Positions 47,655 to 55,881 of a DNA stretch of 64,000 bases are shown piece by piece. Origin of the DNA: Deltaproteobacteria bacterium (GTDB lineage: Bacteria; Myxococcota_A; Polyangia; Fen-1088); the NCBI GenBank assembly GCA_033763315.1, contig JANRKS010000017.1, positions 64,001 through 128,000 on the forward strand. The letters are read 5' to 3'. Each line of letters starts with the position of its first letter. Position 1 is the stretch's first letter. Below the pieces are notes generated by a model, which was given only the letters and a program-made list of their open reading frames with translations, ran no database searches and had not been told where the DNA came from. A program made the translations under genes and the position numbers.

Positions 47655-48238
47655 GTCTCGTCCTCCTTGCACATCTTCTCCAGATCTTGTCGGGCGCGAT
47701 GAATGCGCGTCCACACAGTGTTGGGTTTGCAGCCCATAACGTTTGCGATGTCGTTGACCTCCATGCCTTCGATCTCGAACAACGTCAAAGCCATGCGTCT
47801 ATCGGGCGAAAGCCGCCCCAGTATCTGCTGCAGGTATCTTTGCCGGCTGGGAGCGTTTTCCCACCACGGGCCACCGGTTTGCAGCGCCGTGCGCTCACGC
47901 ACGAAGACGTCCGTCAACGCCCGCCGCAACCGGCGCCGCTTGGCAAAACGAATCGATTCACGAACGGTAAGCCGGTAGATCCAAGTGCTAAGCCGCGCGT
48001 CGCCGCGGAAATGCTTCAGGTACTTGTGCAGGAGCACGAAGATCTCTTGGCACAGATCGTCGGCTTCCGCTTCATGCACCCCGACCGTGCGCGCCAAGCG
48101 ATCGATCATCGGAAAGTGATAATCGTAAAGCTGCCGCCAAGCCAGAGGATCCCCCGCCAGGCACGACCGAACCAGCGCCTGCTCGGCGTTGACGTCCGTT
48201 GATTTTGGACGCGGCGTGTGGGATGTGGCGGTGTTCAC
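47651..48238 (-). CDS. ECF RNA polymerase sigma factor
   Basis: AW.QLY, EADDLCQEIF......FRGDARLSTWIYR (region 2); L...RR.AL.LFEIEG....IA..MG...NTVWTRIHRAR (region 4). Confidence 0.95.
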   Translation of the reverse strand: MNTATSHTPRPKSTDVNAEQALVRSCLAGDPLAWRQLYDYHFPMIDRLARTVGVHEAEADDLCQEIFVLLHKYLKHFRGDARLSTWIYRLTVRESIRFAKRRRLRRALTDVFVRERTALQTGGPWWENAPSRQRYLQQILGRLSPDRRMALTLFEIEGMEVNDIANVMGCKPNTVWTRIHRARQDLEKMCKEDET

Positions 48239-48254
48239 TTTGCGCTTAAACCGA

Positions 48255-48284
48255 TTAGAGGTGATGGCCCAAAGCTTCCTTCCC
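48255..48284 (-). promoter_or_regulatory. Putative ECF-sigma promoter, copy 2 (upstream of the sigma gene)
   Basis: On the - strand TCGGGAAGG-N17-CTCTAA (GGGAAG-N18-CTCTAA), 16 nt upstream of the sigma start. Confidence 0.8.
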
Positions 48285-48310
48285 GACCATTCAAAATAAA
48301 GCGCGCCCGC

Positions 48311-49222
48311 TTAATTGATTCGGCCCCAGCCAAGCAAGAGCGCGCCGCCAGCGAGAGCACGCGGGGTGGCAAAAAGCGCATTGCCCTCGGTATCCTTGAT
48401 GGAACGCGGCTGTATCGATAGGCCACCGTGAATGTCTAAGCCCACGACAACACTGTGAAAGGCCGCCAGCCAGCGAACCCGTGCTGTGGCGAAGGGTTCG
48501 GGGCGCCAGGCGCTTCCGGTCGGGATCTGTTGCACCCAATGAAGGCGCGCGCCCGCTTCCAGCGAAGGCGTCAGTGAGGACCAACGTCTGTTCCACGGCA
48601 ATCCCACCCCAAGCGACAGGCCCGCCGATTGTACCTTGATGGCGGTGCCCGTTGGCGCCGTGTCCGTGTGGGGAACCGCTAGATCCAACTGGCCTAGCCA
48701 CGCCAGCCCCTGGGATTGCAACTGAAGCAACAAACCAGGTTCAATCGCCAACTTTTGAGCCCCGGCCACTGATGGCGTTGGGACGCGCACTGACCCTACG
48801 AACGCGACGGCAAGGGCCCTTACAGCCGGCATTGAGGGACGGATGCCAGGAGGGAGCTCGGCGTCTGTTCGCGGCGTAAGTGTCGTGGGAGCTCGGTAGT
48901 CGAAGTCATGTAGATAGCGCGTGACCACCAAAGCCACTGTGTCGGCCAGCACCTCGCACGCGCTGTTGCGAGCGTCGAAGCTGCGTTCAAGCACGGGTTC
49001 GTCGAGCTGGTTCCGCAGCGTGATGTTCAGTTGGTCGCCCAGTCGATAGAGCTCAAGGCGAAAGGCGCCACGATCAACTGTTGCTTTGCTTCGCTCGGCC
49101 AAAGCTGCCTGCACTTGCTGGGGCTGAGGGCAAGTGACGTCTGTGGCCACCACTTTTACGGCGGTCGCATCCAGCGCCGCCGAGAGGGTGATTGCGCCGC
49201 TGGCAAACAGCAACCAGAACAT
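48311..49222 (-). CDS. Exported protein with predicted C-terminal beta-barrel, ECF/FecR-associated
   Basis: Signal peptide; N-terminal domain CP....V...L ... LERSF....ACEVLADTVALVV; amphipathic strands ending GALLLGWGRIN. Confidence 0.6.
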   Translation of the reverse strand: MFWLLFASGAITLSAALDATAVKVVATDVTCPQPQQVQAALAERSKATVDRGAFRLELYRLGDQLNITLRNQLDEPVLERSFDARNSACEVLADTVALVVTRYLHDFDYRAPTTLTPRTDAELPPGIRPSMPAVRALAVAFVGSVRVPTPSVAGAQKLAIEPGLLLQLQSQGLAWLGQLDLAVPHTDTAPTGTAIKVQSAGLSLGVGLPWNRRWSSLTPSLEAGARLHWVQQIPTGSAWRPEPFATARVRWLAAFHSVVVGLDIHGGLSIQPRSIKDTEGNALFATPRALAGGALLLGWGRIN

Positions 49223-49394
49223 CGGCCCACCAGACTACACGAGCCAACGTGTGTCGCAAAGGCTCGCCGTCCGTCGAAGCGCAATTTCAAGCTGCGTGTT
49301 GAAGTTGGCCACAACGTGGCGTGAAAGCGTTTGCCTCGCGCATCTGCGCGGCAGTTGGCCGCGGCTCGATGGCCAGAGCCAATCGCCCTACACG

Positions 49395-51137
49395 TTAGTT
49401 CACCACACGGCCGCATTGGCCATTGTCGCAAACCTCCCCTTCACCACAGCCCGCGCCACCTTCCTTACGGCAAGCGACTTTCTCGGTCCAGTAGCCCAAG
49501 TGATTTTGCTGTCCGATGTCCTGGAAGGGCAGCCACACAGGGGGCAAGGATGGGTCGCCTGAGCCGAGGTTGCGCAAGTCAATCGCGGACATCCACAACT
49601 GAGGACGAGCGTTGTCTTGCGTGGCGCTATTCTTTAGCATCACGCCGTAGTCGATCTTCGTGTTGTATGTGATGAACATCATCTGACCGCCGGCTTGTTG
49701 GAACGGTGCAAATTTCGGCCACGTGGATGTCTTACCTTTGCCCTGGGTCGCGTTGCCCAGTTCATAGATGGTGCCTCCGTCGCGGGACACCAATCGCAAA
49801 CGGCTTTGCGGGTTGTCATAGCTTTTTACAAGCAGGGGCGCTGATGTGAAAGCGATCCACTTTCCATCAGGTGACCACGTTGGGTAAAAATGAAAGGCGT
49901 TTGCTTCCTTCGGCGCCACGATCTGTGCGGCGCCAAACTTGCCGTCGTTGTAGGGGAACACCACGATGTACCCGTTGTTTACGGACCAAGGGCGTTCATC
50001 CTGGTTTGCCAGCGTGGCCACAATCTCCTTGCCGTTGGGTGACCATTCAGGGAAGAACACGCGCGTTTCAGGCGTTCCTAACACCGACGGATTTAGCTGC
50101 GCCACCTCTTTTCCCGTATCCGTGTTCAACACCGCGATGCGACCGTTGCCCTTGGCATCGTTCTGGCCAAAGCTCACCATCACCAGTCGCCCGTCGGGGC
50201 TCAGCGTCGTGATGTGGCCATTGGATTCCGGCTTGGCTGGAGGATCGATCAACTTTGTCTTGGGATCATCGGTGAGGCTCACGGTCAAGTACCCGGCTTG
50301 TTCTGCGGCAAAGGCGATCACACGCCCGTCACGGCTCACGGCGTGGCAGCCGCCGCACATAAAGCGATTGGTGTCGCTCTCAGGTGTGATGAAAGGAACG
50401 GCTTTGCGTGCACCGAACACCAAACGGTACGTTCCCATCAGGGCTGTTGACCAATAGTAGAGTCCGCCGCGCACGGGATCGGGCGAAAAGCTGAATGGCA
50501 ATGGCTTGCTTGACCTTGCTTGAGTTCCGAGTTCGGTTACGACCACCTGCACGCGCTGACCACGGTTTGCCTTTGCCAAGGCCAGCCACGCGCCCGTGGG
50601 CAAGGTGGCGGCACACTCTGTATCATCTTGAGGGCCCAAGCCCGCTGCGGCCATCTCCTTGTCTTTGCAGGCCACAACGAAATCCCAGCGCGTCGTTTTC
50701 GATGCATCACTGAAAATGCGCACACGAAACGCTGTGTTATTCGCGTTTGTGGCCGTACGCCATTGCACGGTGATTTCCGGCAGATTCAGCGGATGCAAAG
50801 AATTAGCGAGCGGGTAGACAATCTCAGGACCCATGGCCGATGGTTCGTCATTTGCCGTCTTGGCCGTATTCACCGCACCTTCGCCACCAGGGACATCGAT
50901 GCCCAAGAAGCAATTGTCCCCGCAATTCCATTCAGCGGGTGGCAAGGGATCGTCCATGTCGCCACCCCCGCCCACCAGCCCCCCATCGCCGAAACCGACG
51001 AAGGGCGGAAAGTATCCGCCGTCTTTATCGAGGGGTAAACCGGATCCGCCCGCGCCTGCGTCGATGTCCAGAACCGCTGTTGCTTGCGAACAAGCAACCA
51101 GAGCGAATAGCCCAACCAACAACCCGGTGCGCAGCAT
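49395..51137 (-). CDS. TolB-like (PD40) beta-propeller lipoprotein, paralog B
   Basis: ATG 51137 with AGGAG RBS; lipobox LVAC; FFPEWSPNG, FYPTWSPDGKWIAF, PPVWLPFQ; CGGCH at 50343-50357. Confidence 0.8.
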   Translation of the reverse strand: MLRTGLLVGLFALVACSQATAVLDIDAGAGGSGLPLDKDGGYFPPFVGFGDGGLVGGGGDMDDPLPPAEWNCGDNCFLGIDVPGGEGAVNTAKTANDEPSAMGPEIVYPLANSLHPLNLPEITVQWRTATNANNTAFRVRIFSDASKTTRWDFVVACKDKEMAAAGLGPQDDTECAATLPTGAWLALAKANRGQRVQVVVTELGTQARSSKPLPFSFSPDPVRGGLYYWSTALMGTYRLVFGARKAVPFITPESDTNRFMCGGCHAVSRDGRVIAFAAEQAGYLTVSLTDDPKTKLIDPPAKPESNGHITTLSPDGRLVMVSFGQNDAKGNGRIAVLNTDTGKEVAQLNPSVLGTPETRVFFPEWSPNGKEIVATLANQDERPWSVNNGYIVVFPYNDGKFGAAQIVAPKEANAFHFYPTWSPDGKWIAFTSAPLLVKSYDNPQSRLRLVSRDGGTIYELGNATQGKGKTSTWPKFAPFQQAGGQMMFITYNTKIDYGVMLKNSATQDNARPQLWMSAIDLRNLGSGDPSLPPVWLPFQDIGQQNHLGYWTEKVACRKEGGAGCGEGEVCDNGQCGRVVN

Positions 51138-51185
51138 CGTTTCTCCTTTAGGTGCCAACAAGCAAGCCAAGAACTTGTTATCGAC

Positions 51186-51215
51186 TTGGAGGTGAAGCGC
51201 ATGCGCAAACTTCCC
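51186..51215 (-). promoter_or_regulatory. Putative ECF-sigma promoter, copy 3
   Basis: On the - strand GGGAAG (51215-51210) - N18 - CTCCAA (51191-51186), upstream of TolB-like B. Confidence 0.7.
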
Positions 51216-51268
51216 GCGGCGTGAAGAAGCGTTGCTGATTCGCAAAGCGCAGATGTCGGTGCTTTTTC

Positions 51269-51298
51269 GGGAAGGTGCGAAGAAAGAGCTCTCTCTAA
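51269..51298 (+). promoter_or_regulatory. Putative ECF-sigma promoter, copy 4
   Basis: TCGGGAAGG-N17-CTCTAA, with both elements identical to copy 2; upstream of the 51333-60975 operon. Confidence 0.8.
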
Positions 51299-51332
51299 AC
51301 AAGCAAACGGTCAGCTTGGAAAGGACACCTCT

Positions 51333-52190
51333 ATGCGCTTTGCTTCTCTGCCTAAGGGCTTTTTTGTTGTTGCTTCATTGATTTGCACGACCGCTGCAGG
51401 GCTTTGGGGTTGCGGCGCTGCCGATCCCGCGCCCAGCACTGGTTCGGGAGGTGGAGGTGGTGCCGCTTCTTCTAACGGGGGTTCGTCAAACAATTCAGGA
51501 ACTGGTGGATCGTCCACCAATACGGGCGGCAGCAATGCCCAAGGTGGAAGTGCCGGCGCGAGCCAGGGCACAGGGGGGACAACAACGTCAGGCACGGCCA
51601 TCGCGTTGCCGCTTGTGGTTACCACTTTCTATAACAACCAGGGTTGGTTCGGTGACGAAGAGGTCAGCAAAGAGTTCAAACCTGGCACCACCATCATCAA
51701 ACAAGCGGATTCAACGTCAGGTCCGTGTGCGATGCGCCCGGCGAACGCGAAGGGGCGTTGTGTGAAGGTGGAATACGCGCCACCTGCGGGCCTCAAGGTT
51801 CCTACGGGCGGCGGCTACGTTGGCGTGTTCTTTCTTACCACCTTGGCCAAGGCGCATCCTGAGTTAATGCCGCCCGCGAAGGCGGGCGATGCCAACTGGG
51901 GCGCTGAGCCCGGTAAAAACATCGCACCCGGTGCCACGAAGATTTCGTTCTCCGCGACATCCGAAACGGCCGGGGCTTCTGTCAGCTTCAAGGCCGGCAC
52001 GAGCGGCACCGGTGGCGATATGTTCGTGGTGCCTGAGACACCCCAGACCTTAACCACGGCGTGGAAGGAATATGAACTACCGCTTGACGGCCAGCCTTAC
52101 GGCAACAGCGTGGTTGGCGGCTTTGCTTGGGTCATTAAGGACACGACGAAGCCCGTCACGTTCTACCTCGACAACATCATTTGGCAGTAG
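51333..52190 (+). CDS. CBM-like lipoprotein with Gly/Ser tether, paralog C
   Basis: AAGGA RBS; lipobox LWGC; GWFGD, C..RP....GRC, NWG..PGK.IAPGATKISF, VVGGFAW, FYLDNIIW. Confidence 0.65.
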   Translation: MRFASLPKGFFVVASLICTTAAGLWGCGAADPAPSTGSGGGGGAASSNGGSSNNSGTGGSSTNTGGSNAQGGSAGASQGTGGTTTSGTAIALPLVVTTFYNNQGWFGDEEVSKEFKPGTTIIKQADSTSGPCAMRPANAKGRCVKVEYAPPAGLKVPTGGGYVGVFFLTTLAKAHPELMPPAKAGDANWGAEPGKNIAPGATKISFSATSETAGASVSFKAGTSGTGGDMFVVPETPQTLTTAWKEYELPLDGQPYGNSVVGGFAWVIKDTTKPVTFYLDNIIWQ

Positions 52191-52205
52191 TGGTTGCGTG
52201 TTCGC

Positions 52206-52231
52206 GGCGGCGTCTTTGCGACGCCGCCTTT
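52206..52231 (+). terminator. Intra-operon hairpin with short U-tract
   Basis: GGCGGCGTC-TTTGC-GACGCCGCC-TTT. Confidence 0.6.
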
Positions 52232-52251
52232 CCCGTTTGCCAGGAGTTACG

Positions 52252-53517
52252 ATGCATCGAAGGCTGTTTGTGATGCCGGTTTTTGTGGCGCTCATATCTT
52301 GTGCGCCGAGCGTCGAAGGCACGCCACCCACCGAGCCCAATACCAACGGAGGACAAGGCGGCCAGAATGTGGCCACGGGGCAAGGCGGACAAACACAAAC
52401 CGTAGGCGGACAAGCTGGTGCTGCAAGCGGTGGAAGCGGAGGATCGACACAGGGAGGAGGCGCCGCAGGCTCAGGTGGCGTAGCGATGCCCAATACGGGA
52501 GGCGCTGCGGGAAGTGTTTCCGTCACAGGGCCAAAGGACACGCGCGCCGTCGTGCGTGCATCAGTTTCCGGCTATGTGTTGCAAGTCGAGCGCAAGGGCG
52601 CTGATGGCAAAACGGCCACAGCCCCTTTTGATATGCGGGGGATCTGTTGGAGCCCCGCAGTCAAGGGTGGCGGACAACCAAACGACGCCGCGTTTGCCGA
52701 GTGGACTGACAAAGACTTCGCGCTGATGGAGGGCGCGAACATCAACACGGTCAAGTCTTACGGCGTCTTGAGTCGTCAGGTGTTGGACAAGATGCTGGCC
52801 CACGGAATCGTCGCCGTGGTGACCGTGCTTGTGCGTGCAGGAGACAACTATGCGGCGGCTGTAAACGCGATCAAAGATCACCCCGCCGTTTTGATGTGGT
52901 TGGTGGGCAACGAGTGGAACTACAACAACCTCTACGGCAGCTGCAATGGCGATGGTTGTTACGACGTTATCAACAACGCCGCCAAGGAAATAAAGCGGCT
53001 GGACCCAAACCATCCGGTGGCGACTTCGTTTGCGCCGCGAGGTGAGATTCCTACGGCCGATGATCTCAAACGGCTCAATGCCATCGATGTGTGGGGACTC
53101 AATATCTATTCCCAGCCGGGCTTTTTCGGCCGGTTTAGCGCATGGAAGGCTCTTGGCGAGGAAACGGGCATCAAGAAGCCCTTCTTCATGAGCGAGTACG
53201 GTCTCGACGCGTTCGACGAAAAGCAGGGGCGCGAGAATCAACCGGGTCATGCGCAAGGCCTGCGCGTGCAAACGGCCGAGATACGGGCGCAGCTAAGTGC
53301 GCGCAACACAAACTTACCGTGCATCGGCGGGACGCCCTTTGAGTGGAGCGACGAATGGTGGAAGTCAGGCGCGCCGGGCAGCCAAGATCGCGGCGGCTTT
53401 CCCAACATAGGCGTGGCGATGGACCAGTTCGCAAACGAGGAGTGGTGGGGCGTTGTGGACATTGATCGCAAACCACGCACGGCTTACGGAGTCCTTCGCG
53501 ACCTTTACGGCCGCTAG
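52252..53517 (+). CDS. Clan GH-A TIM-barrel glycoside hydrolase lipoprotein (GH2-like)
   Basis: AGGAG RBS; lipobox LISC; RGICWSP, D..LM..AN.NTV.SY, KDHPAVLMW.VGNE (acid/base), LDPNHPV, KPFFMSEYG (nucleophile), FEWSDEWWK. Confidence 0.8.
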   Translation: MHRRLFVMPVFVALISCAPSVEGTPPTEPNTNGGQGGQNVATGQGGQTQTVGGQAGAASGGSGGSTQGGGAAGSGGVAMPNTGGAAGSVSVTGPKDTRAVVRASVSGYVLQVERKGADGKTATAPFDMRGICWSPAVKGGGQPNDAAFAEWTDKDFALMEGANINTVKSYGVLSRQVLDKMLAHGIVAVVTVLVRAGDNYAAAVNAIKDHPAVLMWLVGNEWNYNNLYGSCNGDGCYDVINNAAKEIKRLDPNHPVATSFAPRGEIPTADDLKRLNAIDVWGLNIYSQPGFFGRFSAWKALGEETGIKKPFFMSEYGLDAFDEKQGRENQPGHAQGLRVQTAEIRAQLSARNTNLPCIGGTPFEWSDEWWKSGAPGSQDRGGFPNIGVAMDQFANEEWWGVVDIDRKPRTAYGVLRDLYGR

Positions 53518-53536
53518 CCTTTCACGAAAGACCAAG

Positions 53537-54148
53537 ATGCAAATCGGACGAGCGTCGTGCCCGTGGGGCCTGGCTTTACTCATGAGCGCTGGGTGTGGCG
53601 TGGAAGCCATCACCCCTCCCGCCGAACCCATCGCTTTGCCGATGGTGGTCTCGGACTTTTTCTCGCCCGACGGTTTTTGGGGCGACGGTGAAAAGCGTGG
53701 CTCGCTTGACCTACAGCGCGATTGCCCTTCGCGCGCCGCTGGCGCGGTGGGGGATTGTTACCGAGTGAGCTATCTGCCGGGGGCCAAGCGCTACGCGGGC
53801 ATCAACTGGCAATACCCTCACAACAACTGGGGCTTCTGGCCGGGGCGAAAGATCGCTCCCGGAGCCACGAAGATCACGTTCAAAGCACGCGGTGCCAAGG
53901 GTGGCGAGGCTGTGGGTTTTGGCGCCGGGCAAGCAGACGACATGAACGGCTATGGCGATAGCTTCTCGATCTCTCCCCAAACCTTGCAGCTGACCAATAG
54001 CTGGCAGTCGTTCAAGGTGGACTTCTTGGGTGAGGACTACGGGAGAAGCCCGAGCGGAGTCATTGGTGCGTTCATCGCGTCTCCCGCGCCGGGTGAAGGA
54101 GAAGAGCTGGTTGAATTTTTCCTTGATGATCTGAAGTGGGAACGATGA
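53537..54148 (+). CDS. CBM-like lipoprotein, paralog B
   Basis: Lipobox SAGC; PDGFWGD, CPSR....GDC, YAGINWQYPHNNWG..PGRKIAPGATKITF.ARG..GGE.V.F, FFLDDLKW. Confidence 0.65.
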   Translation: MQIGRASCPWGLALLMSAGCGVEAITPPAEPIALPMVVSDFFSPDGFWGDGEKRGSLDLQRDCPSRAAGAVGDCYRVSYLPGAKRYAGINWQYPHNNWGFWPGRKIAPGATKITFKARGAKGGEAVGFGAGQADDMNGYGDSFSISPQTLQLTNSWQSFKVDFLGEDYGRSPSGVIGAFIASPAPGEGEELVEFFLDDLKWER

Positions 54149-55881
54149 GCAAATTTTCACTGTGTCTGTTGCTGGGAATGCTCGGGTTCTCTTCAACAGC
54201 GTTCAGCCAAGAGGCCACCCGAAGCAATCCGTTCGCGTGCTACGGTGCCGCAGAGTCGCTTGTGCAGGGCCTTTCGGCGGCGCAGATCGCCGATCTGGTC
54301 AAATCGCGGCTAGAGGCGCCGCCGTCAGCCACCGAAGGCACCTTCGACGCGGCCAACTGGCATTGCACCAATGGTGAATTGATGCGTCGGGTGGGTGACA
54401 CACGTGCGGCCGCCTCGTACGCCAAGGTCATCGAGATCGATCCGCAAGAGCCTGGTTGGGAACTTTGGTATGGTTTGTACCTGCGCAACACACGCGGCGC
54501 GGCCCACCCGCTGCTCGAGCAGGCCGAAGTCCACTACTACGCGGCGCTCGCCAAACTCTCCGCGCTGGCGGAACGTGGTGCGGAAATGCCGTTTGACGCC
54601 ACCACGAAGGATTGGGTGCAACGTGGTCTCAATATTGTGTATGGCGAGGCGGGTCTGCCGCTGTTTGGGCGTGCATACCCTTACGACGGAGGCAAGCCGT
54701 TCTTGTCGGTGGCGTTTACCTCCATGCTGCGAACCTCGGTGGATACAAACGAGGCAGGCACAGTGGACGATGTGCGGCGGTTTGCTTCGGAGGCTTCATT
54801 CTCCATCTCGGCGCAGCGCTTGAACCGCGCGCTGACGCCGGCGGAGCTCGAAGGCATCGTTCGCACGCCCTTACGTTTGGATTTCTACAATCGGCTGCGT
54901 TTGCGTCTCGGACAGCTGGGTGCGATTGATGTTTCCTATGACGTGTTTCGCGCTTACAAGAGTCAAATCACGCGGTACACCGAACCCAACAACCTTGGCG
55001 ACGTGTCGGTTGAACAAGCGGGACTATCTTTCCAACGCACGCTTGACCTCTATTCGCTGTTCGACCTGCATATTGAGGGCGGCTATCGACGCGTGAGCCG
55101 CGTGGGTGTGGTGGAATGGTTCCCGGATCTGCGCGAGAACATCAACATGTACGAAGCGCATCCCGCGATCTCACGCTTTTTGGGGCCCGACAAGCTGACG
55201 GTGGGCATGCACTATGTTTTTATGGACATTCCGTTTGTCCCCGGCGGTTTGCTTGAAGATCGCTTTCGCGAACGTGCGATACGCGCGTTCTATTTCGACT
55301 ACGCCTTCTACCGCCCCTTGGTGTTGCCTGATCCCGATACCTGGCGCCTGCGTCGGCAATTTACCCGGGGCGTGCATGTGTATGGAGGCTACGCGATGGA
55401 CGATGAAGTGTGGGGCATCCGCGAAGTTCAGCGCCGGGACACTTACCTCGGCAGCACGTTCAAGGGCTTTGCCGGCTTCGATCTCACTTTGCAACTCACC
55501 ACTTTGACGTCGCTCACCGACATCACGACATTTACGGGCGAATCCTATGTGGATCCGATTCAAACCAATAAGCACTTTCGGTCCACGGCCATCTTGCTTT
55601 ACCGCATCGTCGACGAAGACACGATGCCTGGCATGCCAGCTTCGAGTTTGGCGATGATGAACCTGGTTTTTCCAGTGCGGGCCGACTTTACATACAAGGG
55701 CTGGAACGCCTATGAGAACGTTCGTGCCGGCGCCGAGTTGTGGAGCAAGTTCGTGTGGAAGGGCCTTCGCGGCACCAACTTCTTGCTGACCGCAGGCTAC
55801 GACATTCAATACTTTCATCGCGTGGAGCGCCTTGTGCACATGGGCCATCTGGATTTGCGGATGGGATGGAACTACCTGTGA
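54145..55881 (+). CDS. Predicted outer-membrane protein (helical N-terminus + beta-barrel), paralog B
   Basis: ATGA-coupled to the upstream CBM-like gene; Sec signal; collinear with 42727-44481; ends GHLDLRMGWNYL. Confidence 0.6.
   Translation: MSKFSLCLLLGMLGFSSTAFSQEATRSNPFACYGAAESLVQGLSAAQIADLVKSRLEAPPSATEGTFDAANWHCTNGELMRRVGDTRAAASYAKVIEIDPQEPGWELWYGLYLRNTRGAAHPLLEQAEVHYYAALAKLSALAERGAEMPFDATTKDWVQRGLNIVYGEAGLPLFGRAYPYDGGKPFLSVAFTSMLRTSVDTNEAGTVDDVRRFASEASFSISAQRLNRALTPAELEGIVRTPLRLDFYNRLRLRLGQLGAIDVSYDVFRAYKSQITRYTEPNNLGDVSVEQAGLSFQRTLDLYSLFDLHIEGGYRRVSRVGVVEWFPDLRENINMYEAHPAISRFLGPDKLTVGMHYVFMDIPFVPGGLLEDRFRERAIRAFYFDYAFYRPLVLPDPDTWRLRRQFTRGVHVYGGYAMDDEVWGIREVQRRDTYLGSTFKGFAGFDLTLQLTTLTSLTDITTFTGESYVDPIQTNKHFRSTAILLYRIVDEDTMPGMPASSLAMMNLVFPVRADFTYKGWNAYENVRAGAELWSKFVWKGLRGTNFLLTAGYDIQYFHRVERLVHMGHLDLRMGWNYL

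Noticed and set aside
40990-52510. GGC/GGT-rich stretches in lipoprotein genes as tandem repeats or CRISPR
   Set aside because: They encode Gly/Ser linkers; there is no constant repeat-spacer periodicity and no cas genes.
42727-55881. Calling the two barrel proteins TonB-dependent receptors (SusC)
   Set aside because: They are shorter (about 580 aa), have a helical N-terminus, and show no recognisable plug, TonB box or TBDR C-terminal signature by eye.
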